NCBI RefSeq assembly: GCF_036321535.1
Contig: NC_087436.1
Coordinates: forward strand, 118,112,001-118,176,000
DNA: 64,000 nucleotides
Direction: 5' to 3'
Source: Camelus dromedarius
Lineage: Eukaryota
The notes under the pieces are model-generated. The model searched no databases. It saw only the letters and a program-made list of their open reading frames with translations, and was not told where the DNA came from. Of this stretch, positions 33,351 to 47,432 are shown one piece after another. Numbering within the stretch: the first letter of the stretch is position 1; each line of letters begins with the position of its first letter. The position numbers and the translations under genes were made by a program.

Positions 33351-36300
33351 AGCACTGAGCTATTAAGCACTTGTGATGCATGGTGTATGGTCCAAAGTGC
33401 TGGTAACACATGCAGAGCAAAACAGGCATGGCCTCACCTGTGTGGAGCGTCCCCTTTCCTGGTCTGGACCGGAGACAGGCAAAAATCCAATAATACAAAA
33501 ATATGGACAAGTCAAGATTCTGGCAAGTGCTGGGGAAGGAGTGCATGTGCCCAGGAAACTCTGACACTGTGAAGGAGGACACTTGGCATCTTTTCATGGC
33601 ATCAGGGAGGCTCCCCAAGTGAGGGGCACCTTGGGGATTTCACGGCACCAAACATTCACAGCAGGTCCCCATGGCAGGTGTGACTATACCTGGGGAAACT
33701 GAGGCTCAGAGGAGCTGAGTGATTGATTGTATAGCCCCCGACCCCACCACTGGTTAACAAGGTGGGGACAGGATTCACTCCCAGCCTGTCACTTCAGAGC
33801 CTACACCTTCCAGATCAGGGTTCCCCCTTCATTTTTCTAGCTTGATTGAATGAAAGTTGTTGGAAATTATGAGGGAAACTGAGACCTGCCATTGGGATCT
33901 TATCTTCTCACTCGAAATTTGACACTTCCCTTCTCTGGGCAGTAGTTTTCTAGGCTGTGGACTTAAGGCCTTAGGCTCTGTCCATGGTCGTCCCCTGGTT
34001 TCCATGGAGCCGCGGGGCAAGGGGGGAGGGTCCAGGGAGTTCCTCAGAGGTCACTCAGGGCTGATGGGGCTGAATGCGGAGGGACCAGGCCTCTTCCCGC
34101 CTCACTCTGCATCCCTGTTTCCTAGCATTCTGCAGTGGGTTTCATTGAACGAAGGGTTTCTGCTGTATAACCATTTTGACAGCCAGTAGCCTGACCTGTC
34201 TCTCCTGCTCTGGGAGTCTGAGGTTTAACAACTCCCTGCCTGCTTCGTGGACTGAGAACTGGGCCCCAGCACAGCGAACTCTGAGAAGCAGAGCAGAATG
34301 AATGACCCAGGCTCCGTGATCAAATGTCAAGCAGTATGGGGTGATGTGAAAATAAATCTCAACTTGTGAAGGTAAAGGCAGCGCAATCACGGTGAAAGAA
34401 AAATGTTCTGTTCCACGTCCGTGCTAACTGCTGTGCCCAGGCCAGCAACACCCCCCGCCAGGAGACGGGCAGGGATGCCGGCCCACGCTCCCCCGCCACA
34501 CGCGGTCCCCACCCAACCAGCGCCTCGCAGCGCCTCGGCAAGTCAGGAATTCTGTCTGGACCGTAAAGACACACTAGAAACACAACGTAGTTATTGTCGA
34601 CTCTCGAGAATGTGCGCTTCGCTGATAAATGGCCACTCGCGTTTCTGCTGTGAGGACTGTTGGAGAGATGGTGGTGACGGTATCAGTGTAAGGGCCGCGT
34701 TACTCACAAAGGCCAGGCTGGGGATTTGCAAGTCCCTAAGTCCAAAGTGATGATAGTTTCTTTAAAAAAAAAAAATCACAAGGGACATTGAGGGCCATTC
34801 ATCCTGCCGTTAGATCCCCAGGGAGACCGGTGCTGTGCTCACTGCCCAGGGGACTGTCACATCTCCACACTCTCCTGCAACGCAGTAGCCTGGTCCCCAG
34901 GGCCTTCCTGGCTGTCCCAGAGAGCTCTGTGGACCCTCGTTCCCCTCCATGACTCCTGACACTCTGTCTCAACCTGACCTTGACAGTGGGTTGGCCACTG
35001 CTCTCTGCTTGTATTCTGCAAGACTTGCTTGGCTTCTGCAAGACTGGATTTCCTTCCCCCATCTCCACCCTCAGCCCCTTCCCCCAGTATATCAGGAGCC
35101 TGCTTCCCGTGCAAGGTGAGAGGAAGGGAGGCAGTGAGCACCCTTAGCTCTATCTATAGATGGAAAAACTTGGACCTGGAGAGGTGGAGTGACCTCCACA
35201 GTGTCATTGGGCCATTAAGTTGAGGAATCAGTTTTAACCCCTGTCTGTCTCGATCCAAAGCCTGACCCTCTTCCCCGGCCTCCCCAGCTGCACAGAAGCC
35301 TCTGCCGCTGTCCAGCTGATGTGTATTCTCAGCAGGAATCCTAGGTCTACCTGTTGGTTCCCCATGAGCCCCCTTCTGGCTTGGTTTCTGAATTCCGGGG
35401 TGTCAACAGCCTTGCCCAGGGCTCCTGCCCTGCACGGACTCACTCATAGCTCTCAGAGAGACTTCTTCATAGATGAGATTTTTAAAAAATTTCCAGCCGC
35501 ATTATCAGGCCTTTGTGCAATTAGGAGAAATAAACTTGAAAGGTGGTGAGAGGAGAAGCATCATTCCTGACATACAGACAAGAAGGGCTTTCAGGACGTT
35601 TGCTGACTTAGAAGCCAAGTGTGTTTGCTGGACTGTTGACACCTTGACCTGGAAACCTACAAGGGCAGCCACACCACAGCCATCCAGCCGGGTACCCCCA
35701 TCCAGCACAGAAATCCCTGCACGCTTGTCTGGCCAGTGCGTGGCCAGTGCTCTGGTGTGGTCCTTTTCAGAGTCTGCACCATCGTTGTTCCATCTGAGCA
35801 TCTTGAAAGAGGGTCACCAGAAGCCGTCCTGGACCACCTGCTTCATCCATCTTTCGGGCTTTCTCTGTCACGTTGCCATATTTTACGTATAAAGCGCAGC
35901 TCCTTTCTGCCTCTGTTAGCTTGCTGGCTCATTTCTTCATAGACTTTTCCCAGAATGAATATGAGTTCTCTGAGGCCAGGGTCCAGTTTATCTCCTGAGT
36001 TTATTTCCAGGACTTGAAACAGGGAGGCACTTAATAATGTATTTGTTAGGTTGAATTAGATGTTTGCACCCAGTCCATGGCTTGGGACATAGTAGTTTCT
36101 CAATGAATGGAAAAGAAAAGGGAGGGAGGGGAGTTTGGAAGAAATAGGGAGCCTCCTATCCTCCACAGTGGGTCCTTGAGGGTCATGATGGTGCCTTTTC
36201 ATGTCTTCATCCCCAGCTTCCAGCATAGGAAGACACACTTTGCATGGAGGATAAATTAATCCCATAACCCGCAGGGTTTAACATGCGAATGCACGTGCCC

Positions 36301-38974
36301 CAGCAGTGGAACGGTGCACTTAAATGCTTCTTGATCTCAGAAATCCTTTTTGGCTTTCATTTCTAATTATTTTCTCCATAACTCATAACAGAGTGCATTT
36401 TCCTTTTGATTGCCGCCGTACCTTTAATTTGCCAGTACGTTCTTTAAGACAGGTCTCAGGATGTTGGCACACACTGAAGCGGGGAAGTGAGGCATTTCTA
36501 AAAGGCATTTGTTAGCAGATTCGTGTTTACTCCAGCCTTTCTGCTGCTACCCCTTCTTCGTCCGTGTCCTCCTCCTTAGGCTAGCAATCGAGAACTGCCT
36601 GGGCGTGTTTCAACCAGTTAAAAAATGTTGAAATGACCTTGAAAAGTGATCATCCACTTTCCAGATGAGAAACCAATTCTGTGACATCTTGGAGAAGGAG
36701 GCTGGAGAGGCCCCACAGTGGTCCCTCGTGGTCATTTGTATCTGTGAACCACGTGCATATTGTGGACTTCTAAATTTTTATATCAGCTCACTTTTTAACT
36801 TAGATTAACCAGGTCTATTAAGATCAGAAAAATAACAAGATCTCCATCTTGGTATTACCCTGAAAGTCAAAGCTATCTCCTGTTGTCTTGCATAGCAGAC
36901 AGCCCTAAGAATTTATACCGTGAAACTTAGACAGTGTCATTAACTTCTGACTAAATACTGTTGCCTGCCGAGGTTGTGAATCCGAGACCAGGTCTTTCAT
37001 TGCTTGAAATGGAGACGGACAGGTAGCAGGAGAGTGTGGAAGAGAAGCTAGTATCAAATCTAGGCTTTCTCCTCCATGTAATCAGGATGGAAATGCAGTT
37101 GGAATTGAAGTGAGTGGCCTTTTGCTCTGCATTTGATGGCATTCCATGCCTTGCCAGAGGCGCCTGGGTCACCTCACTGGTAGCATCTGTGATACACGGC
37201 CCACATCCTCAATGATACTGGATGCTGACAGCCTGCCGCGAGCTGGGTACCGCTCTGCAAGGTTCTTTTCCTCTTCCTTTTTCCCTCCCCGGCTCTGCTT
37301 TTTTCTGTTCCTTTTCTATTCTCAAGTAATTTCAAAAATTACTTAAAGCCACTAACACACATTCTTTTAAAATTCAAGATAAGATATATTATTACTAAGC
37401 GAGAAAACAAAAGGAAGAATTAAGGTGGGGGATGGAGGCAATGAGGAATCAGTCTGAGTTCAGGTAAGGCTCCACTGCTCTGGGTCACAATGATCAGTGT
37501 TACTGTCAGTGATGGTGGACGCCATGGCAGACAAGACCCCCCTCTTCCTCCATTCAGACCTTTTTAGATGCAGCAGATACCCAGCCTGCCAGGAACTCAG
37601 TTGGTATCTTCCTGTGAGCAGGTGGGGTTGAGAAATGGCCCTTACCCTTAGGTCCTTGGGACCGGGAACCATGCCAGATCAGGACTCCAAACTCCAATGC
37701 CTGCAGGGGCAGACAGGTAACAAATGAAGAAAGGGGTTGGGTGTGAGGAATGTCAGGGGGCAGTCGGGATTGTGGCTGGCAGAAAGCGCAGACTGCTGGT
37801 GGCCTTTGGCCCACTGTCACCCTGTGGGGATGCTACGGGCAGGGTTTGTGGGGGAGCTGATAGGAGGCACCCAGTTCTGCATGTCACACACTGTCTGGGG
37901 CTGACCGTCTCTCATCTCTTGCCATTTTCTTGGCCTCATTTTGCTACATGGCAGGGTGGTAGGTAGACCAGTGGTTTCCAGGCTTAACTCTGTGGAGTCC
38001 CTTTAGTCGCTGCAGGGAGGAGTGAGGGAGCACGTGCGGTGGGAAGATCCTAGTGACTTCAGTCCTTCTGTCTGTTTCTCAATCCCCTGGATCATTTCTG
38101 TCATAGCACAAATCACCACCAGAAATTATCCTATTCATGTAGAGTTTTATTTACTTCCTCCTCTAAATTGAATGCTTCAGTTCTGAGCCACCGTAACGTG
38201 ATCACGAAGAATTCACTCCAGAAATACTGGTAGAATGGGTGAGTACGTGAATGCAGAGTGAACCGACTTTTCTAGGAGTTACACGTCCTAACCAGCTGCT
38301 TGGCTTGGTTGCGTTGAAACCTTAAGGATGTTATCTTTTCATTCTTGTTTTCCTAAGAGTTTTTGTCTTTGGAATTGATTTTGAATTTTATCTGATGCCT
38401 CTTGAAGAATCATCAAGGTGCTCAGATGTTTGGTTTCCTTCGTCTTGACGTATGGGTACTTACATTATTACATTTATCAGCAGTGCCTCTTTCTGCCTGG
38501 AATAAATCCCACTTGATTATGTTTCGTGGCAGGACATGTGGTATTGTTGTGTTTTCAGCAAGTGGCAGTGGCAGTCCTAGCGCTGTCTCAAAGTCACTAC
38601 ACTCTTTCTGCACGTCAGTTTCTCTGTAACGTGTGTTATCCCGGGTCATCCTGCCCACGCCCTGTGATGGATTATTTCTGTTCATAGAGTGGGAACTTCA
38701 TAAAATCCATGCAAAATGAGGACGTGGTGCCCAACGATGGGTTAAATCTCAAAGCTAGCTATTACTATGATTATAAAACTTTGTCTGCCTCCTTGATTAT
38801 TTGCTTAAAATATAAATTCCTAGAAATCAACACCTTAGACCAAAAGATTTTTTTGAGACATACTATGAAATGGCATTTCAAAATACGACCACTGAACAAG
38901 CAGTCTCTACAAATGCCTCTTTCGTCACCTTTTCACCAGCTAATTTAATGGGCAAAACAAGATGGTACCACATA

Positions 38975-39115
38975 GGGTTTTTTTTTTTTTCCAGTTTCTG
39001 GTGCACTATATGTGTGCTTTATTTAGTTATGTATTTTAATGGAGGTACTGGGGATTGAACCCAGTACCTCAGGCATGCTAAGCCTGTGCTCTTCCACTGA
39101 GCTATACCCACCACA
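38975..39115 (-). mobile_element. tRNA-Ala-derived SINE (vic-1-like)
   Basis: ttaatggaggtactggggattgaaccc..gcatgctaagcctgtgctcttccactgagctataccc. Confidence 0.88.
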
Positions 39116-41459
39116 CCTAGTTGTTTTTTTTTTTTAATACCTGTGTCTTTGAGTCCCATTAAGACTGATTTTTTTCAAGATTATTGGGCATTAGTTCAGT
39201 GAAGGCTTTTGAATAAGTGCTTGAGTTGTGTCCTGAGAGACAAGTAGAAGAAAGACACTGTGCTTCATTCTCTAGGGGAGTGATCTGTTTAGCAGGAGAG
39301 AGGGATGGACTTGGGCCCCATGCACCTCCATCGCAGCACCTCCAGCCACGTGGTCCACGTTCCCCCGACAGTCCTTGGGGTGATGATGTCACACTCCGTC
39401 CCGAGGAAGAGGCAAGATTTCAGGAAGCAGAAGAGAGGAAGAAGGAAGAATCAGGTGGAGGGACCGTGTGAGCAAAGGCGCAAGAGCTTGGCCCTCTCAT
39501 CACGTCAAGTCCAGACACCGGGTCCTCGCGTTGCGTTTGGGTGGGAGGTACAGTGGCAGATCTTGGTGTTGGGCTGGTTTAGAATTCCCGTTGTGCACAG
39601 CGTTTATACAGAGGTGGTGAATCTTGTCTTTCCCTCCAAATCATGCACTTCTGTATGAGGTGCAGTGAGAGGGAAAATCGGTCTACACCACGCTGCCAAT
39701 TTCCATTTTGTCTGCACCCTTGAGATCTGTACCGGGAGTAATGAGATTTCTGACAATGCCTGAGCCAGTCACAGGTTTTGCGTCTGGATGTTAAACTCAA
39801 AGGAGTCTCGGGCCTTATGGAGATCCTTTATGGGACATTAAAATGAAGATGGGTGGCACAAGTCCAGCAAACATCGGGCGTGCAGTGAGTGTCATTTAAA
39901 TTAAGGATGCTTGGTGGTGATTTGCACAAAAACAGCTCAAGTGAGGCAGGTCTGTGTCCATCAACATTGTACATGAAATAGAAAGTCTAATAAGGTGTAG
40001 ACAGGAGCGATACCATGGGGACCTATTTTAATGAATATATTGAGTGTTTGTCATTAGCATATCTTTGTTGCTATGTGACCACGTACTCTCGAATATTTGA
40101 AAACCTATTAATAGCCTAGGTGGTTTTGAACTGGTGCCTCCAATCTTGCTTACATTATAAATCAGGTCCTTGAATGCACTGTTTTTACCTCTCTGAATTG
40201 CTACATGTTCCAAATTAGTGGAGCCTACCTTAATAAGATTTTGTTCTACTTCTTTAAATTAAATTTTCTCTTCTCTGCTCTTTGGCTTTCCAACTTGACT
40301 GAACTTTACAACGTTATTAAATTAGTTAACCTCACATTGAGCTCCACGAATACTAGACTCCTTGGAGCCAAGCTCCCATACCAGGTGGTTTCAGACCGTT
40401 GTCCAGGTCTTTGCATGGGGTGTTCCATTTTCCTGAATTTTCTTTCTCTCCTGTTCACCAGGAGAGCTCCTATTTGTACCACAAAACCCTGCCCAGTGCT
40501 CGTCTGTGAAGCCTTTCTTGATTCCATCTGAGAGATGCCTTTCTTGGACAGTGCTTGGACAAAAAATTTGCTTTCCCTGAGGTACTGGAATACATCTTTA
40601 TTCTGATAATGAAAATTGTGTGTCTGACTGTGTTATCCTCTCCACTATGATTGAAAGGAAGCTCAGAGCTAAACCATTTTAGAGAAGCTACATGGTGCCT
40701 TAAGAAGAAAGAACCCCTAGACAAACAGACCTGAAGTTGAGTTTAAAGTCACTGACTGTGGGACTTGGGATAATCCACTGGGACTCAGTTTCATCATCTG
40801 TAAAATGGGACCAATGTCTAGTTCTTAGGCTTTAAATATATGTTATTAAATGACACAGTGCCTGAGCTCTTCTCTTGTTGAAGGACATTCATTCTTCACT
40901 GTGTATTTGTAAGTTCATTTCCTGCTTCATTCTGATATGCATTTCTCTGCTTTTTTTTTTATTGCTTTGCTTTCTACTTGACATTAAAATTCCTTGGTCT
41001 CAAATCTGTCTATTTTTATCACCATTCTGTTTTCTTTATTTATGTTTGAAGCCACCTAAAGTCACTTGTGGGACTGGCCAAGATCTCGTGAACTAAGCTA
41101 TTCTATTTTTAAAGTGGTTGAAGCTTTCCCACGTCGTGTGTGAGGGAGTCATGGCACCCGGGTCCTCCCACGCTGCTCTTCTCCTCCAAGGTTGGGGCGA
41201 TGCAACAGATCCATGGGGGTGCAGAGCCAGATGGGTGAGGGCGGTCTTACTAATATATTGGCAAAATTGCTAGGCTTCATTGCATGATTCTGCAGAAAGC
41301 AAGTTTGGAAAGCTCAGCTTGGACTTGAGGCCACAATGGAACCCTCTTTCCTCCAGCTGAAAGCTAGATGTGGGGATTCATGAGCCCAGATGTGGTTTCA
41401 GAACTAAGAAGAGTTGTGGCCAGCAAACCCCAAATGTACTTAACCACATAGCCTCTCAT

Positions 41460-41620
41460 TGGTTCAGACTTTACTGAGCATCAGATCATTGCATGACTTT
41501 GCCAATTATGGGGCTGGGACCCCACTCGGTGTGACTGAGCTGAGACCGAGGCCCAGGCATCAGTGGTCTGAAAGCTCCCCAGGTTAGTCTAAGGTACAGC
41601 CAGGGTTGAAACTAGTGAGC
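41460..41620. mobile_element. MER5B-like hAT-Charlie
   Basis: ggcccaggcatcagt..aaagctccccaggttagtctaa..cagccagggttgaaactagtg. Confidence 0.65.
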
Positions 41621-42499
41621 TGCTGAACCCCTCAGCACTAGGAGGTATGTTTAAATGGGTGCAGGGAGCAGAAGACAGACCCCTCCTGGTACCCTGTGGA
41701 TGGAAGAATAACTGGCAGGAAAATCTGTAATAGGTTTGCTTTTTGGGACTCAGCAAATAAGTGTCAAGATCTGATCAACTGGGTGGGCCTCTCCTCTCGT
41801 TTTAGGAAGATGTGAGTGAGCGGGGAGAGAGACAAACAGTGTTTTTAGAGATATTCTGGAGTGGGAGGGGCAGCAGCTCCCTTCTGTCCAGAAAGGCAAC
41901 TGTGCTCCTGCCCTTGCTCCTGCGTCTGAGGATGCAGTGAGCATTACTGCATTCTACCTAGATGGGAGACCCCAGCTCTGTGGGTTTCCACTAAGGAAGT
42001 TGGCAGCCTAGCATCTTGCTTTATTTAGGAAAAGTTCTGTTTGATATTCAAACACTGCTCAGTGGTGGAGGCGTCAATTGTACCCTCCCCCCAGTTAGCT
42101 GTATCCCAGTCTTAAAGTACAGAGAAGGACGAGGAAAGGAGGCAAAGTTCTCCTGTGCAGGGTGCTTTTGGGGCAAAGCCAGTGTGACTACCCATCTTCT
42201 TGCATTGCTTAAGCTGATCAGCAAAAAACGTGGAGCTGTCCCTAGATGTGGGACTTGCACCCTGAAACAGAGTGGCCTCAGGCCTTGGTACCTGCTCTTC
42301 AGCCCCAGCTATTGGTTGTTCCGTCTCCTCCCAATGCCTGTAATTTCAGGAGTCTCCTCTAGGCACTTCAGTCAAAATTCAACTCCTAACGTTCATCTTG
42401 GGAATGGACAACTGAGCTTGGTGCCAAATTATCTTGGCTGGAGTTGACTCCCAATTCCAGCTCTGTGGCTCTTTGCAGAACTGGCTTATGTATTTTTTC

Positions 42500-44930
42500 C
42501 CAAGGAAACACATGGAACCTTCTCCAGGAAGATCACAAGTTAGGTCACAAAACAAGTCTTAAGAAATTTAAGAAGACTGAAATCAAATCAAGTGTCTTGG
42601 TTGTCCATAATGGTATGAAATTAGAAACCAATAACAGGAAGAAAATTAGCAAATTTGCAGAAATTAAACAGCACACCTCTGAGCAGCCAATGGGTCAAAG
42701 AAGAAATTTTAAACGGAAATTTTAAAAAATCTTGAGATAAAAATGGAAACACAATATATCAAAGGTTATAGGATGTGGCAAAAGCAGTTTTAAGAAGAAT
42801 GTTTATAATGAAAAATGTCTACATTAAGAAAAAAAGAAAGATCTCAAATAAAAACCCTAACTTTATATCTCAAGGAACTAGGAAAAGAAACAAACTAAAC
42901 TCAAAGTTAGTAGAAGGGAGGAACTAATAAAGATTAAAGCAGAAATATTTAAATAGAGACTAGAGAAACTGAGTTGAGTTTTAAAAGATAAAATTGTAAA
43001 ACTTTTAGCTAGACTAAGAAAAAGGAAAAAATCTTATATGAATAAAATTATAGATGAAAAAGGAGTTGTTATGACTGATACGGCAGATACAAAGGATTGT
43101 AAGAGCTACTATGAACTATTGTGCCTCAGCAGATTGGATAATCTAGAAGAAATGAATAAATTCCCTGAAACATATGACCTTTCAAAATTAAATCATGAAG
43201 GTAAAAATCTGAACAGATCAATAATGAGCAAGGAGATTGAATTGGTAATAAAAACCCTGCCAACAAAGAAAAGCCCAGGACCAGATGGCTTCACTGGTGA
43301 ATTCTACCAAAAATTTAAAGAATAATGCCAATCCTACTGCAACTCTTCCAAAAAAAACTGAAGAGGCGGAAACACTTCCAAACTCATTTTGCAAGGGCAG
43401 CATTATTCTGATTCCAAACCCAGACAAGGGCACTACAAGGAAAGAAAATTACCGGCCAATATCTCTAACAAATATAGATGCAAATTTTCTCAACAACATG
43501 TCAGCCAACGAAATTCAAAAGACCATTATAAGAACCATACACTCTGATCGAGTGATATTTATCCCTGGGATGCAAGGATGGTTTAACACACGTGAATCAG
43601 TAAATGTAATTCACCATGTTAACATAATGAAAGGTAATGAAAATCATATGATCATTTCAGTAGATGCAGAAAATGCATTTGACAAAGTTTAACATCCTTT
43701 CACGATAAGAAGTCTCAGATTTGGTACAGAAGAAATGTTTCAACATAATGTTGGCCGTATATGACAGACCTGCAGCTAACACCATTAATCATCGGCAAGT
43801 GCACCGAGAATACACGATGGAGAAAGAATAGTCTCTTCAGTAAATGGCACTGGGGAAACTATGTATATCCCAACTCAAAAGAATTGGACCCTTACTGAAA
43901 CAATATACAAAACTCAACTCAAAATGGTTTAAAGATTTAAATGTAAGACCTGAAATTCTAAAACTCCTAAGAGAAAATATAGGGGAAAAAAAACTCCTTG
44001 ACATCAGTCTTGGCAATGGTTTTTTGGATCCGACACCAAAAGCACAGACAACAAAAAAGCAAAAATAAACATGTGGGCCTACATAAAAACAAGACACTTG
44101 CGCCACAAAGGGAAAAAATCAACAAAATGAAAAGGCAACCTACAGAATAGGTGGATATATTTGTAAACCATAGATGTAATAAGAAGTTAATACCCAAAAT
44201 GTTTAAGGAACAATTAAACAGAAAAAGCCAAATAATTCAACTTTAAAAAATGGGCAGAGGACCTAAGTAGACATTGCTCCAAAGAAGATACACAAATGGC
44301 CAACAAGTATATGAAAAAAGTTCATCACTAGTCATTAGAGAAATGCAAATCAAAACTACAGTGAGACATCATTTCTCACAGGAAGGCTGTTATTAAAAAA
44401 ACAAAAGATAACAAGTGTCGGTGAGGACGTGGAGGAAGGCTGATGGGAGTATAAATTGGTACAGTCATTATGGAAAATAGCACGGAGGTTCCTCAGAAAA
44501 TTAAAACTGTGATCCTGTGGTCCCACTTCTGGGTATCTATCCAAAGGAATTGAAATCAGGACCTTGAAGAGGTATCTGCACCCCCATATTCACTGAGGTA
44601 TTATTCACAATAGTTAGGGTATGGAAATAAACTAAATTACCATTGATGGATGAACGGGTAAAGAAAATGTGTGTATACGTATAGTAGAATATTACTCTAC
44701 CTTTAAAAAGAAGGAAATTCTGCTATATTGCCACAACATGGGTGGCCCTAGAGGTCATTATGCTGAGTGAAATAAGACAGACAGAGAAAGTCAAATACAT
44801 ATGATCTCATCTGTATGTGGAACCTGGAACAATCAGTCTCATAGAAGCAGAGAGTAGGATGGTGGCGCTGGGGGCTGGGCTGGGGGGGATTGGGAGATGA
44901 TAGTCAAAGGGACAAAATTTCAGCCTTTAA
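42500..44930 (+). mobile_element. LINE-1 ORF2 (end of EN through RT start, internal deletion, C-terminus) plus 3'UTR; sense to STK32B
   Basis: ORFs 43038-43325 ([22 protein letters not shown]), 43285-43692 ([38 protein letters not shown]) and 43844-44068 (YTKLNSKWFKDLNVRPE). Frameshifted. Confidence 0.95.
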
Positions 44931-45299
44931 AAATTAACCTCTGCTTAGTGTGCCCCATATGGAAAAAAATATATACCTTGGTTTGGGAAACAAATCCACT
45001 GTATGGAATTATGGAAAGGGCTTGGACTTTGGCAAACAGGAAATCTGAAATGGAATCCTGGCTCTAGTAGGAATCCATGTGAGCTATGGCTTCAAATGCA
45101 CTTTTCTCTAGAAAGATGAAGGCTCTGTTGCTGTGATGAATCCGTAAAATAACTTACGTATCGGGTGTCCTACCTGGGACCCAGGCGTTCAACAGAAGAT
45201 GGTGTCCCTGTCTTCCCCAGATCCACCTCTTTAGATTATCTTTTAGTGTTTTCTTCCCTGAATGATCAAAATGCTGGAGTTTTTGTTTCTGACGTTCTC

Positions 45300-45650
45300 T
45301 CACTTCCATTTAATAAACACTGTGCACGTTCCCTCCCTTCCGTCTGCAGCGCTGATCCTTCCCCACGTGCTGCAGCTGTGCCTGTTAACGCCGTCTCCTC
45401 TCTCCAAGGGCAGGTAGCTCATCGCCCACTTCCCCCGGTCCCCCCACTGACATGTTCTCCTGACACACGCCTGTAAGCACACTTGTATCACTTAGCACTG
45501 TCGTGACTTCACATGGATGTGGGCCGTGCTTGGGACCACTGCCTGTTTCACTGTAAACTCCATGAGGATGGAAACAAGATTCTTCTGTTCTCACTGTTAG
45601 ATCCTCAGTGCCTAACATACTGCCTGGCACACAGTAGGTCTCAATAATTT
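45300..45650 (+). mobile_element. LINE-2 3' end
   Basis: ctgtaaactccatgaggatgg..ttgttc-like..cctcagtgcctaacatactgcctggcacacagtaggtctcaataa. Confidence 0.75.
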
Positions 45651-45749
45651 TTCATTGCAACCTAGAAGTTCTGTGTCTGCATTTCTAATTTTTATATTTA
45701 CAACTAAATCTGGTGGTTCTCAATCCAGAACCCTTTTGATCTTTCCTAT

Positions 45750-46137
45750 CAGTTCTGTCTGCCCACTGCCCAGCTTCCTTATGCATGACCTCCAAGGATC
45801 ACCACTTACAGCCTTCTACAGAGAGCTGTCCTTGTGCTCCTGGAAGTGCTTTGGCAACTTACTGCACAGCCAGAAGTGCCTGCCTGGGAGTTCACAGCCC
45901 TCTCAGGTGACCCTGTAGCTAGTGACTGATGGTCCCAGGACTGTGAGAGCCCAGCTCTCTTGCCCTGAGGTCTGTGCCATCCAGAGCTCCCTGAGGATCA
46001 GACTGAGGCTGCAGTTACCTGACATCACACCCTTGCTTCCCTATCTTGCTGGTCCCCCCAGGAACACTGCTCAACGGATCGCTTGCTGATGAATCCTAAT
46101 CTCGGGGTCTGCGTCTGCAAAAGCCCAGCTCAGAAAG
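45750..46137 (+). mobile_element. LTR16-like ERVL solo LTR
   Basis: ccagagctccctgaggatcagactgaggctg..gaatcctaatctcggggtctgc. Confidence 0.65.
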
Positions 46138-47342
46138 GTGCATGTCTGAAAGGGTAGAAGTGTAGCACTCTAGAGCTGGACAGAGTCCTGGAGGTTAACT
46201 AGTGAGATTACCACAATTCATTTCGGTGGCCATTTTATTGACTGTGCTCTGGTGGGACTATGATGGGCTGCAGATGGGAAAACTGAGGCCAAGAGAGGGG
46301 AGGTGGCTTGCAGAGACATGGTAAGAACCCACATCTTTGGGTTCTTATGCAAAATACAGTTCTTCCTCTTCCTTGGTGGACCACTGGTGGCTTTGGGTGG
46401 GCTGGGGGCCCTTGAGGTTCCTCCTCCCTTGCTTCCACTCCCTCATTCTCTCCAAATACAAGGCAGGGTCCAGGGCACACGGAGACATGGAGAAGGAGGG
46501 ATGTTGCCCGTAGGCCTAATTGGATTCGACTAGACTATGTTTTGGGTGGCCAGAGCCCTGAGGGCCACTCTGGCTGGCTGCTCCCCGCCTCTGTGGTCTC
46601 TGCTGATGGCCGGGGCAGTTTTTCATCTGATTTAAGTTGTAATTTCAGGGGTTCAGGCTTGAAGCGGGGAAATGACAGTGGGGGAGCTGGTGGCAGTGAT
46701 GGCGGTGGACCACGTATGTCTAGGGTGGCTCAGACTAGGGCAGCCTGGGATTGTGCAGAGCACTCATCCTCTACCCTGGGCCTTGGGGAGAATCCATCTT
46801 GCCATAGAGAGGATCCCTCCTTACTCTTACCCCACTCCTCCCGCCATCAGAAGATACTGGGACACAAGTTTGGGGTGAAGCCCTGTGGCAAAGGGATGGA
46901 AAGGGCAGCTTGCGCTAGCTGTAATTCCGGCTCTGCCTAAGTCAGAAGGATGCCCTTGGCACCAGAGGCCCAGCCAGTCCGGTCCCGGACGGACCGAGAC
47001 TTCCCAGCGGGGGGCTGGGTCAGCAAGCTTTATGGTGTTAAACCAACTGACTTAGTCTAGGGTGTCCCCTGTGTTTTTTTCTTCTCAAGTTGTGACAGGG
47101 ATAGAGACAGGGTTTCTGGTCAGATATCTTCCCATGGCAGCATGCCTAGCAGAAAAGCAAAAAATCAAGCAAACTCCCTTCCACACCAGTGAAAGCGGTG
47201 ACTTTCTCTCTCGTAGTAATTCACCAGAACCTTCCTTCTGACTCCTGACTTCCCTCAGCAGAGGATGGCCCTCACAGTGGGGCGGGCAGCAGCTTCCGTC
47301 TAAGTGGATCTGCAGGAAGATCGTTTTAAATACTCACTTTCA

Positions 47343-47432
47343 AGGGGGAGGGTATAGCTCAGGGGTGGAGCCCATGCTTAGCATGCATGAGGTCCTGGGT
47401 TCAATCCCCAGCACCTCCATAAAAAAAATAAA
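47343..47432 (+). mobile_element. tRNA-Ala-derived SINE (short vic-1-like form)
   Basis: gggggagggtatagctcaggggtggagcccatgcttagcatgcatgaggtcctgggttcaatccccagcacctcca followed by an A tail. Confidence 0.9.

Noticed and set aside
47345..47419. tRNA-Ala gene (also the copies at 11324, 29900, 39040 and 52361)
   Set aside because: Mutated stems or boxes, A-rich tails, TSDs and multiple dispersed copies mark these as SINEs, not tRNA genes.
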